32,000 nt of DNA from positions 1 through 32,000 of the forward strand of contig JADGIF010000020.1 in NCBI GenBank assembly GCA_018985225.1. Reading direction: 5' to 3'. Both the position numbers and the translations under genes were made by a program. This document shows, piece by piece, positions 11,201 to 20,363 of the stretch; position 1 is the first letter of the stretch; every line of letters begins with the position of its first letter. The stretch comes from Amoeboradix gromovi X-113. Its lineage: Eukaryota; Fungi; Sanchytriomycota. The notes below the pieces were generated by a model. That model searched no databases. It worked only from the letters and a program-made list of their open reading frames with translations, and had not been told where the DNA came from.

Positions 11201-13233
11201 ACTATATGCAAAAGAAATTTTCCGAGAAAACTTTTCTGACTCATACCAAAGCAGCTCATATCATTGCGATTAGTTTTGGGGAGAATTTTTCTGTTTTTTT
11301 GCTCCCTTTTGCGCTTAAATATAATCTTAAATGGGTTGTGTATCTTTACAAAAAACCAAGGAGGCTCCTTTTCAAATTCCAATTGGTCTTTATCGTTATT
11401 TGGGTCTTCGTTTTGCATCTGTAAGAATTCTTGATTTAAGTATTTCTGAATCGTTTCCTTGCGAACACCCGGTACCGAAAAATTGTTAGGTAAATAGGTG
11501 CTTAAAAATCCAAACTTAGTGTTTCTCGTGGAGTCTGAGTTTGAGCTATGATTTTTCTTCCTCTTTTCATTTTTAACAGTCGAAGACATTATATTTTCGA
11601 AATCACTTTCATCATTGCGCTTCTTAAAGTCTTTGAAAAATGCCCTCAACTGTCGAAGCTTCTTTTCAGGTTCTGAGAGGGAAAAATTCTCTAATATAAC
11701 AGCAACAAGCAAATTTGTTATAATCAGTTTCGCAAAGATATAGAAGCAGACGCAGAACGTACCAAATAAAACTACATTTAAAGTGATCCCAGTTCTATTA
11801 ATGAGGTACATCGAGTTAAGTGTTACATTGTCCCAACCATCACCTATGAAAAGCTGGAACACACCAGTCATGCTTCCAAGAACTGTAGAAAAGTCAAAAA
11901 TATAGTTAACATCTTCTATATCAAATTCGTATGATGAAAAGAAGAAGTTGAGAATGATCCCACCGATAAAAATGTAGCTCACACTCAAAAGAAATAGCGA
12001 TACCAATTGAGCATATGATTTCAAAACCAAATCTGCTAAACCTTGTATTCTAGGTGTTAAAAATAATATTTTAGGGGTGCGAAGTAAGTTGAACACTAGA
12101 TAGTATGGGCGTCTATCTGGAGCCCAAAGCACTGTAGAAATTCCAATTATGTTTCCAATAGACAAAAACAAATTAAAACCTACAGAAAGTAGTTTCTTAT
12201 GATTATTAAAAGAGCTGCTGGCCAGTAAAAGTATGGAATCAAAAATATATGCAATACAGAATGTAATTTCCATAGCAATAGGATAAAGCCATTGCTGCGT
12301 ATGTGAGTTTATCTCACTATAAGCTATTCTAATAACAATCTCCGTAGCAACTGTAGCTGCTAAAATAGCTTGATATTCTTTAGAGTGATAAAACTCGTAA
12401 ATCTTATTATTGTTTTGCTCGTGATTAGATATTTGACGTTTAAGGGCGCGTTCTCTGGTTCTGATGTTGTTATAAGTCTCGGTTATAACAGCTACAAAAA
12501 GTTTGAGAAGAGTAAAACTTATAAAAATCACTATTATGATATAAAATATGCTAGATACATAATACTCACTTAGCATAGTCCAGTACATTATAGGAGTCCA
12601 ATCTTCTAATGAAGATACTACGAACGTGGTCAAAAATGAATTGAAAATATTGTCATAGGATAAAAGCGAAAATCCATCGGACCTATTACCAATTTTGCAT
12701 ACTTGACCGTTTGGACATTGATATCCCTTACCGTCACTACCGCAGTGTTGGTTAGTCCTGATCAAATCTGGAAATAAATCAGACTTAACAAAACAGTAAC
12801 GGTCCAACGAAGATTGAAAAATTGAAACGCCAATTACAGCAAATAAAAGGTAGAAGAATGATAGTAATAATAAAACTTCTACAAGCAAAGGAAAGGAAGT
12901 GTTTAATATGTGTTGCAATCCCGAGTATTCCAATAACGCAAATAACTTAAATAAACTTATCCCCATTACGATCTGACCTGTGAAATTATCGTAAAAGCTA
13001 ATAATAAATCCAAGCAAGAAAATGAAAAAAGATATCCATATGTAAACCTTTCTAAATTGCTTTAACAGAGTTATTGATATTATATGTACCAAATTGAGTA
13101 CTAAAAAGGCATACTTGGATACGAATGGAGATAACAAATGGAGCATAAGTATTGAGTTCGGTCCATATTTCTTCAAGCTATCACTATTCAGGAAATTCAT
13201 ATGCCTTGCTGATTCACCTTTTATCTTGAGCAT
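8260..13233 (-). CDS. CCH1: Four-domain Cch1/NALCN-like cation (Ca2+) channel alpha subunit; 1657 aa
   Basis: Four transmembrane repeats with pore loops SSLEDW, IGDGW, TSESW, TGEIW. Charged S4 in domain III (RVLRATKALRVLR). EF-hand-like AWAKFDENGTGYI after domain IV. Confidence 0.85.
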   Translation of the reverse strand: MLKIKGESARHMNFLNSDSLKKYGPNSILMLHLLSPFVSKYAFLVLNLVHIISITLLKQFRKVYIWISFFIFLLGFIISFYDNFTGQIVMGISLFKLFALLEYSGLQHILNTSFPLLVEVLLLLSFFYLLFAVIGVSIFQSSLDRYCFVKSDLFPDLIRTNQHCGSDGKGYQCPNGQVCKIGNRSDGFSLLSYDNIFNSFLTTFVVSSLEDWTPIMYWTMLSEYYVSSIFYIIIVIFISFTLLKLFVAVITETYNNIRTRERALKRQISNHEQNNNKIYEFYHSKEYQAILAATVATEIVIRIAYSEINSHTQQWLYPIAMEITFCIAYIFDSILLLASSSFNNHKKLLSVGFNLFLSIGNIIGISTVLWAPDRRPYYLVFNLLRTPKILFLTPRIQGLADLVLKSYAQLVSLFLLSVSYIFIGGIILNFFFSSYEFDIEDVNYIFDFSTVLGSMTGVFQLFIGDGWDNVTLNSMYLINRTGITLNVVLFGTFCVCFYIFAKLIITNLLVAVILENFSLSEPEKKLRQLRAFFKDFKKRNDESDFENIMSSTVKNEKRKKNHSSNSDSTRNTKFGFLSTYLPNNFSVPGVRKETIQKYLNQEFLQMQNEDPNNDKDQLEFEKEPPWFFVKIHNPFKIIFKRKREQKNRKILPKTNRNDMSCFGMSQKSFLGKFLLHIVSAVKIAISERNQLGEVDDEDGNNDLSFFCLGNDNPIRRFCLYIYDPQKANNYFEYFIRLTIFSSMIESAYDTPINRFDTLDESNPWPIYRIFDLVTVLIFSSEFLVKVISSGFILNKKSYLRNLWNRLDFVILTFQIIGLSLNTKDNTGIARVLRATKALRVLRIVNQFKGIRDIFRFFILAFSRLLDALMLSLIVFIPFALYGNYVYKDLFKSCNDGSVRTKSECVGIFEVTSQLGINILVPRVWKNLYAPYYTFDSFSKSLLTTFVLSTSESWTDIFNMANMSKKYDDQPVPTRDIDPFSILYFFSFMIIGSLIVVNLFAGIIIQNFLNISGLAYLTVEQRQYIDVMKQIKLVKATVQSARPISRFRAWCYDKFNSRRYSKFINFSLLSTVVVLLIQFQNETVAWAQARDAILSFFILVFLGEVIIKYNSLGYNVWNKSPGNIFDLVVVSGALLSITLEYSFELADRPSADLNKAKRVFMLSLTFKLVQHIPILVQLFKIIYASISQIRNILGVFAILLLTYSLIFMEIFGLTRYYQIYNSDANFRTLPNSMLLLLRMITGEIWHRVMNDCLIDKRYCVEFDSNYLFSDCGSRSWGFLLFMSYYVICTYVFLNMFTVIVLENFNYFSSEDVKKSVVSTSDLNLFKIAWAKFDENGTGYIREKQLIPFLHVIEGKLSVKLYPTGLDVPTIKKSVQVIVGTEKSFNREIVLQLNKNFENIFDGIPSQEFQSRRLRLNRVYIECMMNMGSKGIALNVVLLVLTKTVLGNKSYLRIDDYIKRKMEMEEIDKIMYLEKSTGILATIIQRKRFLKYINNRVVLEPKVPDLAAVGDPSTAEYVISSNSLYQSAANGLDTHILSNILKSRRNSIIMHADMNDNELNSNKENAIPTFNGVVFAEDEALFANKRKSKVNSGADMQNEDLHSSRRNSLNANNFEDNLVIRRLSNSGISTEINNASSSRKEIVSEQRSSDNINDQGQKS

Positions 13234-13277
13234 TGATTTCGTCGCTTTTGTTTTAAACGGCTAGGTCAAAGATTCTC

Positions 13278-13420
13278 CTCACTAAGAGTCCTGATTTAGA
13301 TTAAGAATTTTCACAAAGAAAGCGACAAATTCGGTCATTCAGTTACAGTAAGTACTCACACTTTTGCTACCAGGGATTAGATTAAATAGTGACGCACATA
13401 TTTCAAGTTTTTGTTCCACG
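13278..13420 (-). mobile_element. Fanzor/TnpB-derived remnant, copy A (right end only)
   Basis: Minus strand GTAGCAAAAGTGTGAGTACTTACTGTAAC...TTTCTTTGTGAAAATTCT...AAATCAGGACTCTTAGTGAG aligns with the right-end module of copies B and D. Confidence 0.65.
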
Positions 13421-13500
13421 CTCGTCTAGCGAATGCTTAATCGCATTTGATAAGGTCCTTGCCCTTTCATGGAACCATGATTTCCTTTTAAGTCCTTTTT

Positions 13501-14015
13501 ATTTCTGAACATTGAACAGCTATCTAATTTTGCAAAATAAATCATTTATCGAGAGTCTGTATCTATCTTTATATAATTGCGTGACTTTTCCGGATTTTTA
13601 CAATGTCTTAAACACTTGATATTTTCATTTTCACAAATGCCAAATGGAATCAATGGATGTAATCCGGAATATTTCAAATCTAAAGAAATTACTACAGTTG
13701 TAGCATAAATCAACGTTAAGGAACTGGTCCAAACATGGAACATTTAGATGTCTTTCAACCCGTCCTCAAAAAAATCAACGATAAACAAACCTCTAAACCA
13801 TATATTTAATTATTCTTATGTGATTGATTGGTATAACCACGTGGGTAACAATAGAGAGTATATGGCAGCAAGGAATATGTACATAGTACATATATCCTTA
13901 GTCGGTCACACCTCAGAGTAGTGAAAGCGTGAGCAATCACTGTAAAAGATTTACTAGCATTGCTACTTCTCTGAGGAAATTCTCTATTTTCTCGAAAATT
14001 AGGACTTTTAACGAG
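13501..14015 (+). mobile_element. Internally deleted Fanzor/TnpB-derived element, copy B
   Basis: Shares with copy D the 5' block (AATAAATCATTTATCG...TTTATATAATT.CGTGA.TTTTC), GAACTGGTCCAAACATGGAA, the RuvC-III relic NREYMAARNMYI, and the right end 13911-14015. Confidence 0.85.
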
Positions 14016-14149
14016 GAATACAATTGATGGTGAAGAATGGAAGGAAGTACGATATATGCCTAATTCATGTAGAATCAGCTGCTAAGCAATAACAGATGAA
14101 GCATAATTATTATCCAGTTGAAAAGGTATTAAAAGTAAATTCAAGTTGT

Positions 14150-14812
14150 TTATTCACCCTTCATAAATTTTTCAAATTCCAAAACTACGTCTTCCAGCCT
14201 CTTTAATCGTGAAAAGACGCTCATTGGTATGTTACTATCCAACCCCATTGAATTATCTAGATTTACTAGCCTCTCTTCTACAGAACTTGGTATCACTCCA
14301 GAATCCTCCAACTTCTTAATCAGATCTTCCTCGGTTAAGTAGCCTATCTTTTTCGTACTGGTAACTTCAACAATTGCATTTTCATGATTTTCCTTACTGA
14401 TTTCATCACTTGTTGTTATTGTTGTATCTTGGTCAGTGTTTTCCCCATTATTTGTCGATCGGTATTCAAAATCTATCTCATTAAAAACACTAGCTATTTT
14501 GATCAGCTTTGAACACTTATTTAAACTAAAACACTCTTCTGCAAAACATTTTAACGTTTTAGGCAAACGCGCTAACTTAAGAATGTCTGATATCATGTTA
14601 GTCAACTGAGCTCCTTCCGGGTCAAAACTGCTTAAATGCGATCGTTGCAGATAGTCTTTAGCAATAATGGCATCACTAGTTCTTTTTGAGTAAGTTTTCT
14701 GTTCTGCCTCTAATTCGATATAAGCTCTCTTCTTTCTAGCCGGTCTTTTAGTCATATCACTCAAAGGATTCAGAGTAGCTCTCTTTCTTTTACTACGAGT
14801 TTCCTGTGGCAT
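14150..14812 (-). CDS. Protein with LisH-like motif and MBIP-like C-terminal domain (~220 aa from ATG 14812)
   Basis: VEERLVNLDNSMGL...IPMSVFSRLKRLEDVVLEFE resembles the MBIP C-terminus (VEERLxNIExHL...VPxDIYxRIKxLEDKILELE). MISDILKLARLPKTLKCFAEEC is LisH-like. Basic NLS-like N-terminus. Confidence 0.6.
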   Translation of the reverse strand: MPQETRSKRKRATLNPLSDMTKRPARKKRAYIELEAEQKTYSKRTSDAIIAKDYLQRSHLSSFDPEGAQLTNMISDILKLARLPKTLKCFAEECFSLNKCSKLIKIASVFNEIDFEYRSTNNGENTDQDTTITTSDEISKENHENAIVEVTSTKKIGYLTEEDLIKKLEDSGVIPSSVEERLVNLDNSMGLDSNIPMSVFSRLKRLEDVVLEFEKFMKGE

Positions 14813-14915
14813 AATCTCCTTTGTATTACAGCATGAAAATGATTTTCGATACCCCTCAAACAAGGGGCATTGCGAAAATGAGCCAATACAAGTCGGTGGT
14901 GCTCTTGCTGGACTC

Positions 14916-15077
14916 CTCGTCTAAAGTCCTGGTTTTTAAAAAATTAAAAGTTTTCGCAGAGAAAATGACAATCTCAGTTACTCCGTTAATTGATTGCTTA
15001 CGCTTTTACTATCACACCCTGACGTAGGATTGAACAGAGAGGTACATTTATTTCAAGTATGTCTTCCTCGCCTTCAT
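14916..15077 (-). mobile_element. Fanzor/TnpB-derived remnant, copy C
   Basis: Minus strand ATGAAGGCGAGGAAG (MKARK, cf. MAARN), TTCAATCCTACGTCAGGG, TAGTAAAAGCGTAAGCAATCA..., ending CCAGGACTTTAGACGAG. Confidence 0.75.
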
Positions 15078-15207
15078 AGAGCGTAAGCCTTTCCAATGAA
15101 ATGAAAACTCAGGCTCTAAATAATCCACTAAATAAATTAATAGTCATTCAAACCGTCTTTTGCTTGTTGGATCAGACTCCTCACATAAATTGACTTCTGA
15201 GAAAGAT

Positions 15208-15621
15208 GGGACACCAAATGTAAAAACTAGACTAACTCGTTTTTAAAGGAAGTGCACCATACGGAGGAAATGCTATCGTTAATAAAAGATCTTCTATTAT
15301 ACCAATTCTCTTTCATTGATTGTATTCCTCTTTTTAAAATAAAACTAGAAGACCCTGAATCTCGTTCAAATATATGAGATCTTTGAGCATCTAAGCAAAA
15401 GGTGCATTTTCTTAGACGTTACTCTTTCTTCATTCCATTTCGTAATGTTATACTAACATCATTACTCTTATCTATTTCTTTGAAGTGTAATCCTTTTATA
15501 CTCGTCAACTCCGCAACTAGCTGAATGTCCACTCGCCTCTTAAATCCATAAAATTAATAAAGCTGAAATAATGTTCAAAGTTGTTACAGAAAGTTAGTCC
15601 AGTTTTTATATTTGATGTTCC
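15208..15621 (-). mobile_element. MITE copy 1 (414 bp, ~30-bp TIRs)
   Basis: Ends GGGACACCAAATGTAAAAACTAGACTAACT and AGTTAGTCCAGTTTTTATATTTGATGTTCC. Homologous in reverse orientation to 29722-30126. Confidence 0.9.
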
Positions 15622-15903
15622 TAATGCAAAATACTATCTTAAAGATTTTAAATGTCTTGTGTACGTACTGGCATCCCTTTCCTAGTGTTGAGAAACATCG
15701 GGTAGGTCTTGTGGAAGAATATCCTTTGTATCTAATGATTTTGTTAGATGTGATGTATTGAGGATCTTGAGGCCTGTAACCATTTGCAATCGATGAAAAG
15801 CAGGATTATCGAGTTTTTGCAGTCAAAAGAGTATAGAGAGAGCAAATTGGAGTATAATAACTCACGTAATCATTATAAATTATTTATTGGGTTGAAACCC
15901 AAA

Positions 15904-18900
15904 CTACAAATAGTATTTCCTCTCGTATTGCCCTGCAAAATCACCATTCTCTAATACTATCTCTTCTGCTAGTCCCAGTGTCATGTTCTCTAATATTCCA
16001 TGTCCCTTGCTATCCATCTGCAATACGATTTTGAAGTTATCACTGTATTCCTCGACAGGGAAATGATCTACTTTTACCTTTGTCCAACCTTGTCGATCTA
16101 CGCTGTAATAGTTTCCTCTGTTTAGTATTCCTTCATCACTTATCCACTTCCCAATTAACACATGATTAATGTAAATGTTAATCTTTAGGTTTTTACCTTT
16201 CAATTTCAAACTGTTAGGTATTCTTGCTGCATTGTTTTTTTTAGTTTTCTTCATTGTAAAAGTTGCCCATTTGAGCTGGCCCGGTTCTAGACGAATTGGT
16301 AATGTCTGCATATTCATGCTAATGGGAAGGGTTCTTGTGTTGTATAGGTTACCGTTTTTAACTTGCCATTTTTCTATTTTCTTATTGTTTATGTAACCAT
16401 TACCTATTACTCCCTTGACTGAGTCAAATCCTGCCACTGGTACTTTTATATGGATTCCTGTTGGTATCAAATGCTTTCCTACCGGAATATGTCCCAAATT
16501 ACCTCGCGGAAACATAAAGTTACCTCTTCCCCATATGTCTACACGTATATGCAACACATTGTCGCCCTCAACTAACGCACTTGCAGGTATCTTGAATGCA
16601 TATCTATGATTCCAGCTATTGCTATCAATTTTAGTGCCTAAAGGACATAAGGCTGCTATATAATGACCATTAATAAACACTGTTCCAAAATCACTTACAC
16701 TGTCAATTACCAACGATACTGACCCTAAACTGCTTAATTTAAATGTACTTTTATACTGTATGTAGTCATCATAGTATCCCATAGACTCAGCAGATCCTAA
16801 TGGTCCTGTCTTGTTTATATAACCTGCAATTTTATTGTAATCATCCAAAACTATCTCAGCCATTAGGTTAGAAAAATCAACTAGAGGTAATTCAATAGTG
16901 TTTGTAGGAAGTCCATATTTAGTTATCATATGGCTTCTATTAACTACTTTGTAGTCTAATAACTTGGTGACTCCATAAAAATAAAAGAACTGATTATCGC
17001 TTATAAAGGAAAGTGTCTTTGTACGTTCATTGTAGTAATCAGGTCCTACCAAATACTCTAAATTGCCAATGTGCCATGTTCTACCACTCATATGTCTACC
17101 AACTACCATTACTGTAAGTTCGTGATTATTAGTATTGAATTTATAGATTAGAGGTGATTCGTGTGCTTCAGGTATTCTGCAATACACTATCACATTGTCG
17201 CTCTCGACCAGTATATCACTGTTTTTAATAGAAGAAGTGGCCCCCTGCAATTTGAACTCACATGGAGTGCCTTCTACATTGTGCAATACCAACACACTTT
17301 TATCTTCCAAGCTGTCGAGTAGAAGTACCTCAGCTGTCGAATATTGCAGTACAATGCTGCTTTTCAATGGCCAGTTGATAACAAGATGAAATAAATAATA
17401 CTTATCTGCTGTTCCATTTCGGCCGCCTTGAGCAAAGTCTGGCGCATTCTCTTCTTCTCTGGGAATAACAAAATGATCGCGAGTAGGGAATGTAAAGTTA
17501 CTGACTGAAACGCTGTTTATACCCATAGTAATTTGGTCCATTGACCCATCGTTCAATAGACCTATCAAAAATGTGCTTTCACTAATAGGTAGCCAATATA
17601 TTACACGATTACCCTTTCCATCAGAGTCCTTGCTACCCACTTGGCGATTTGCTATGTTGACACTATCACTAAATAAATCCATTTTATGGTTGTTATGCGA
17701 TCCAGATAAACTTCGACGAGGTAGGTCCACGGGTGCTATTATATGTTCGAAACTGTCATAAAACACGTTGAGTCTTCTTAGGTTATGAAATTTGTCCCTA
17801 ATTTGCCCACTTGGACTCACAGCGCCAACATAATCAACCACTGATGACGATAATGCCAACGGGGGTCTAACAAACCCACTAGCAATATCTTTAATATCCT
17901 TGAATTTGAATATCGCTTTTAATGCCACAGGAATATCTTTAAACCCGCTAAATCCAGGGAATTGTGGCAGCATATTGTTGTGATGACCGTATTGAAACAT
18001 TCCAAAACTGTTGAAGTTGCTAACTAGATCCATACCGCTGATAAACATTCTGCTTAACACAGAAGCACTTCTATATGTCTCACTAATGCCAGATGGATAG
18101 TTTTTGTACAAATTAGAATTAGATTGAAATTGTTTGTACTTTAAAGACTGTTGCTCAACAACAGCGGGCGAGGCATAATAATTCGGTAATGGTATAATTT
18201 CCTCAATACCGCCCATGCCTTTTGACTCCACAGTACCTGGGCAAGTAGTCAGTGGGATATCAATTCCCTGACTTATAACGACCTGCTTCAATTTATTAAA
18301 CATGTCATACGTATCTAATTTGAAGTTTAGAGCTCTTTCGCGTTTTCCGTTGTATACTATAACTTTATCTGCCTCGATTGACTGCTCAAAATAGTCGTAT
18401 TCGTTCTCAATTTGATATAGAACTATCGTGCCACCATTTGTGATCAGATACTGTTTAGCAATCTTGTTTATAGCCTCAAAATAACTTCTTACTATCTCCA
18501 AATAGTCATAATCATTAGTTCTTAAACCATATAGTCCATCTGGGGTATTTGGATTAGCACTTTTACTACTTTTAGCTATAACCCAAGCAGGATAACCACC
18601 GCTATTTTCTTCATTGCATATATAAGGGCCCGGCCGAAAATAAACATATAAATGGTATTCCTTCGCCAATTTTAAGAATAGCTGGAGATCTTCTAGTTTA
18701 AAATGACCTTGAATAGGTTCAATGTACTGCCAGCTAACATACATTTCTATCATGTTGTATCCTATAGCTTTAAACTTATCTAGTCTATCTCTCCATTCAC
18801 TTTTGGGAATCCGATACCACTGTAAACTGCCAGCCCGAAACAAAGTTGGTTTACCATGAATTTCGAAATGGGAAGAAAATGTAGTCATGGACGAGAACAA

Positions 18901-18918
18901 GCATAATAGAAAAATCAT
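15904..18918 (-). CDS. Glycoside hydrolase family 35 beta-galactosidase; 1004 aa; possible signal peptide
   Basis: GH35 motifs GSLQWYRIP..WRDRL, RPGPYICNE..GGYPAW, and QIENEY (acid/base Glu). Beta-rich C-terminal domains. Confidence 0.9.
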   Translation of the reverse strand: MIFLLCLFSSMTTFSSHFEIHGKPTLFRAGSLQWYRIPKSEWRDRLDKFKAIGYNMIEMYVSWQYIEPIQGHFKLEDLQLFLKLAKEYHLYVYFRPGPYICNEENSGGYPAWVIAKSSKSANPNTPDGLYGLRTNDYDYLEIVRSYFEAINKIAKQYLITNGGTIVLYQIENEYDYFEQSIEADKVIVYNGKRERALNFKLDTYDMFNKLKQVVISQGIDIPLTTCPGTVESKGMGGIEEIIPLPNYYASPAVVEQQSLKYKQFQSNSNLYKNYPSGISETYRSASVLSRMFISGMDLVSNFNSFGMFQYGHHNNMLPQFPGFSGFKDIPVALKAIFKFKDIKDIASGFVRPPLALSSSVVDYVGAVSPSGQIRDKFHNLRRLNVFYDSFEHIIAPVDLPRRSLSGSHNNHKMDLFSDSVNIANRQVGSKDSDGKGNRVIYWLPISESTFLIGLLNDGSMDQITMGINSVSVSNFTFPTRDHFVIPREEENAPDFAQGGRNGTADKYYLFHLVINWPLKSSIVLQYSTAEVLLLDSLEDKSVLVLHNVEGTPCEFKLQGATSSIKNSDILVESDNVIVYCRIPEAHESPLIYKFNTNNHELTVMVVGRHMSGRTWHIGNLEYLVGPDYYNERTKTLSFISDNQFFYFYGVTKLLDYKVVNRSHMITKYGLPTNTIELPLVDFSNLMAEIVLDDYNKIAGYINKTGPLGSAESMGYYDDYIQYKSTFKLSSLGSVSLVIDSVSDFGTVFINGHYIAALCPLGTKIDSNSWNHRYAFKIPASALVEGDNVLHIRVDIWGRGNFMFPRGNLGHIPVGKHLIPTGIHIKVPVAGFDSVKGVIGNGYINNKKIEKWQVKNGNLYNTRTLPISMNMQTLPIRLEPGQLKWATFTMKKTKKNNAARIPNSLKLKGKNLKINIYINHVLIGKWISDEGILNRGNYYSVDRQGWTKVKVDHFPVEEYSDNFKIVLQMDSKGHGILENMTLGLAEEIVLENGDFAGQYERKYYL

Positions 18919-19446
18919 GGTTTTGGATCCTAAATTTTGAGTCGTTGTTCAAATGGAATGCTTTCGCCCGCCCAATCGCCAAAGAGGTCCGTTAAACCAA
19001 TAATTTCCACTTACTACTAGATGCTATTGGAACAGTGAAAGGTGCAGCGTATCAAGCATTGACCAGGATAAGATATGGCACCCAATTTCAGAAAATGTCC
19101 GCACTTTAAGTCAGATGACCTCCTGGAGAGAAGTCTGAGTCCCATAATATTCGATTAAGCCTTTTTCAATATAAAAAATGCCCTGGAAATATTCCTTTAA
19201 ATATCTTGGCTGATTAGAACTTGAGCATATGTTGCAATATCTCAACTTAAAACCATTTTCATGTTCTTTGTTTATTTCTGTAATGTCGTCTTGTTCAGGA
19301 ACAAGGCAACATCTGGATGTCTTTCTTTCGTATTTGATGACATGAAGATGTCAGAATCTTATCAGACTATTGCAAGGACGCTTAATCAGTCACCAACGCC
19401 TACAAAACTGTGGATGGGGTGTAGACAATGTTTCTTTTAGTATTAA

Positions 19447-19965
19447 CTCGTTAAAAGTCCAGATTTCCGGGAAAATCGAGAATTTCCACAGAGAAACTAG
19501 CAGTGCTAGTAAATCCGTTACAGTAATTATTCATGCTTTCAATACCCTGAGGCGGGATTGAATTATGATACATATATTTATATACTCCTTGCCGCCATTT
19601 AGTCTCTATCTATCTCCAAATGACAATTGGTGCAAGTGTTGGTTTCTAAGTTGGTTTTCTTTAGAGTACCACACCTTGTACATGTCTGAATAGTAAATGA
19701 TTCATAACACTCAACCATCGTCTTTGCTCTTTGTTTACGCTTGAGCTTCAAGCGTTCCTTGAATAAATTGTGCAAATATCTCTTTTCTGGCGTCGAAAGA
19801 CATCTAATTCTTCCATGTTTGGACCAGTTCTTCATTGTTGATGAATGTATACTGTACTCGTTAGTTATTTCTTTAGAAAACTCACGAAATTATATAAAAA
19901 TGCATAAAAATTCGCGATAAATGATTTATTCAAGAAAACAATTGACTGTGCAAATTTGGCAGAAA
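19447..19965 (-). mobile_element. Internally deleted Fanzor/TnpB-derived element, copy D (best-preserved coding relic)
   Basis: Contains the Zn-ribbon/RuvC-III pseudogene at 19560-19835, the right-end module 19447-19552, and a 5' block shared with copy B. Confidence 0.88.
19560..19835 (-). pseudogene. Fanzor/TnpB C-terminal fragment with in-frame stops
   Basis: HNLFKERLK...VECYESFTIQTCTRCG...CTNCHLEIDRD*MAARSI* matches the TnpB/Fanzor ExYTSxxCxxCG...CxxC...DRDxNAAxNI signature. Premature TAA at 19599-19601. Confidence 0.88.
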
Positions 19966-20207
19966 CAGATAAAAATCATGAGAAGTCTTCGTTTTAATTT
20001 AACAAATAATTTATTATGAGTAAAGGAATATTATCTTTCCGGCAGTTGTTATTTAAGTTTCTGATTCCATGAATACGAGATGCTCAGTTCATCCATAAAT
20101 TTCAAATGGATGCAAGTAAACAGAATCACGGCCAGAGTATTTCGATTCTAAAATAACCAGTTGGCGATCCAGAAGACATAAACTATGAAAATATAGCTTA
20201 AAAAAGG

Positions 20208-20363
20208 ATGGTAACAAGGAACATATAATTGCAGTAAATGCATTAGTATCCAATCCCTTCCCATGCAAATAGAAGCGTAGGGAAGTACTGCAACGGATCC
20301 GTTGGCTTCGTTATTTCTCTGAGATAATTCTTGATTTTGTAGAAAGTCAAGAGTTTCAACGTT
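20208..20363 (+). mobile_element. Fanzor/TnpB-derived remnant, copy E
   Basis: ATGGTAACAAGGAACATATAA (MVTRNI*), AGAAGCGTAGGGAAGTACTGCAACGGAT, and TTTCTCTGAGATAATTCTTGATTTT...AAGAGTTTCAACG align with copies B and D. Confidence 0.7.

Noticed and set aside
13261-13282. Possible 22-nt intron GTGAGGAGAATCTTTGACCTAG upstream of CCH1
   Set aside because: The upstream ATG frame splices out of frame and the in-frame alternative has a TAA. The GTGAG is the end of Fanzor copy A.
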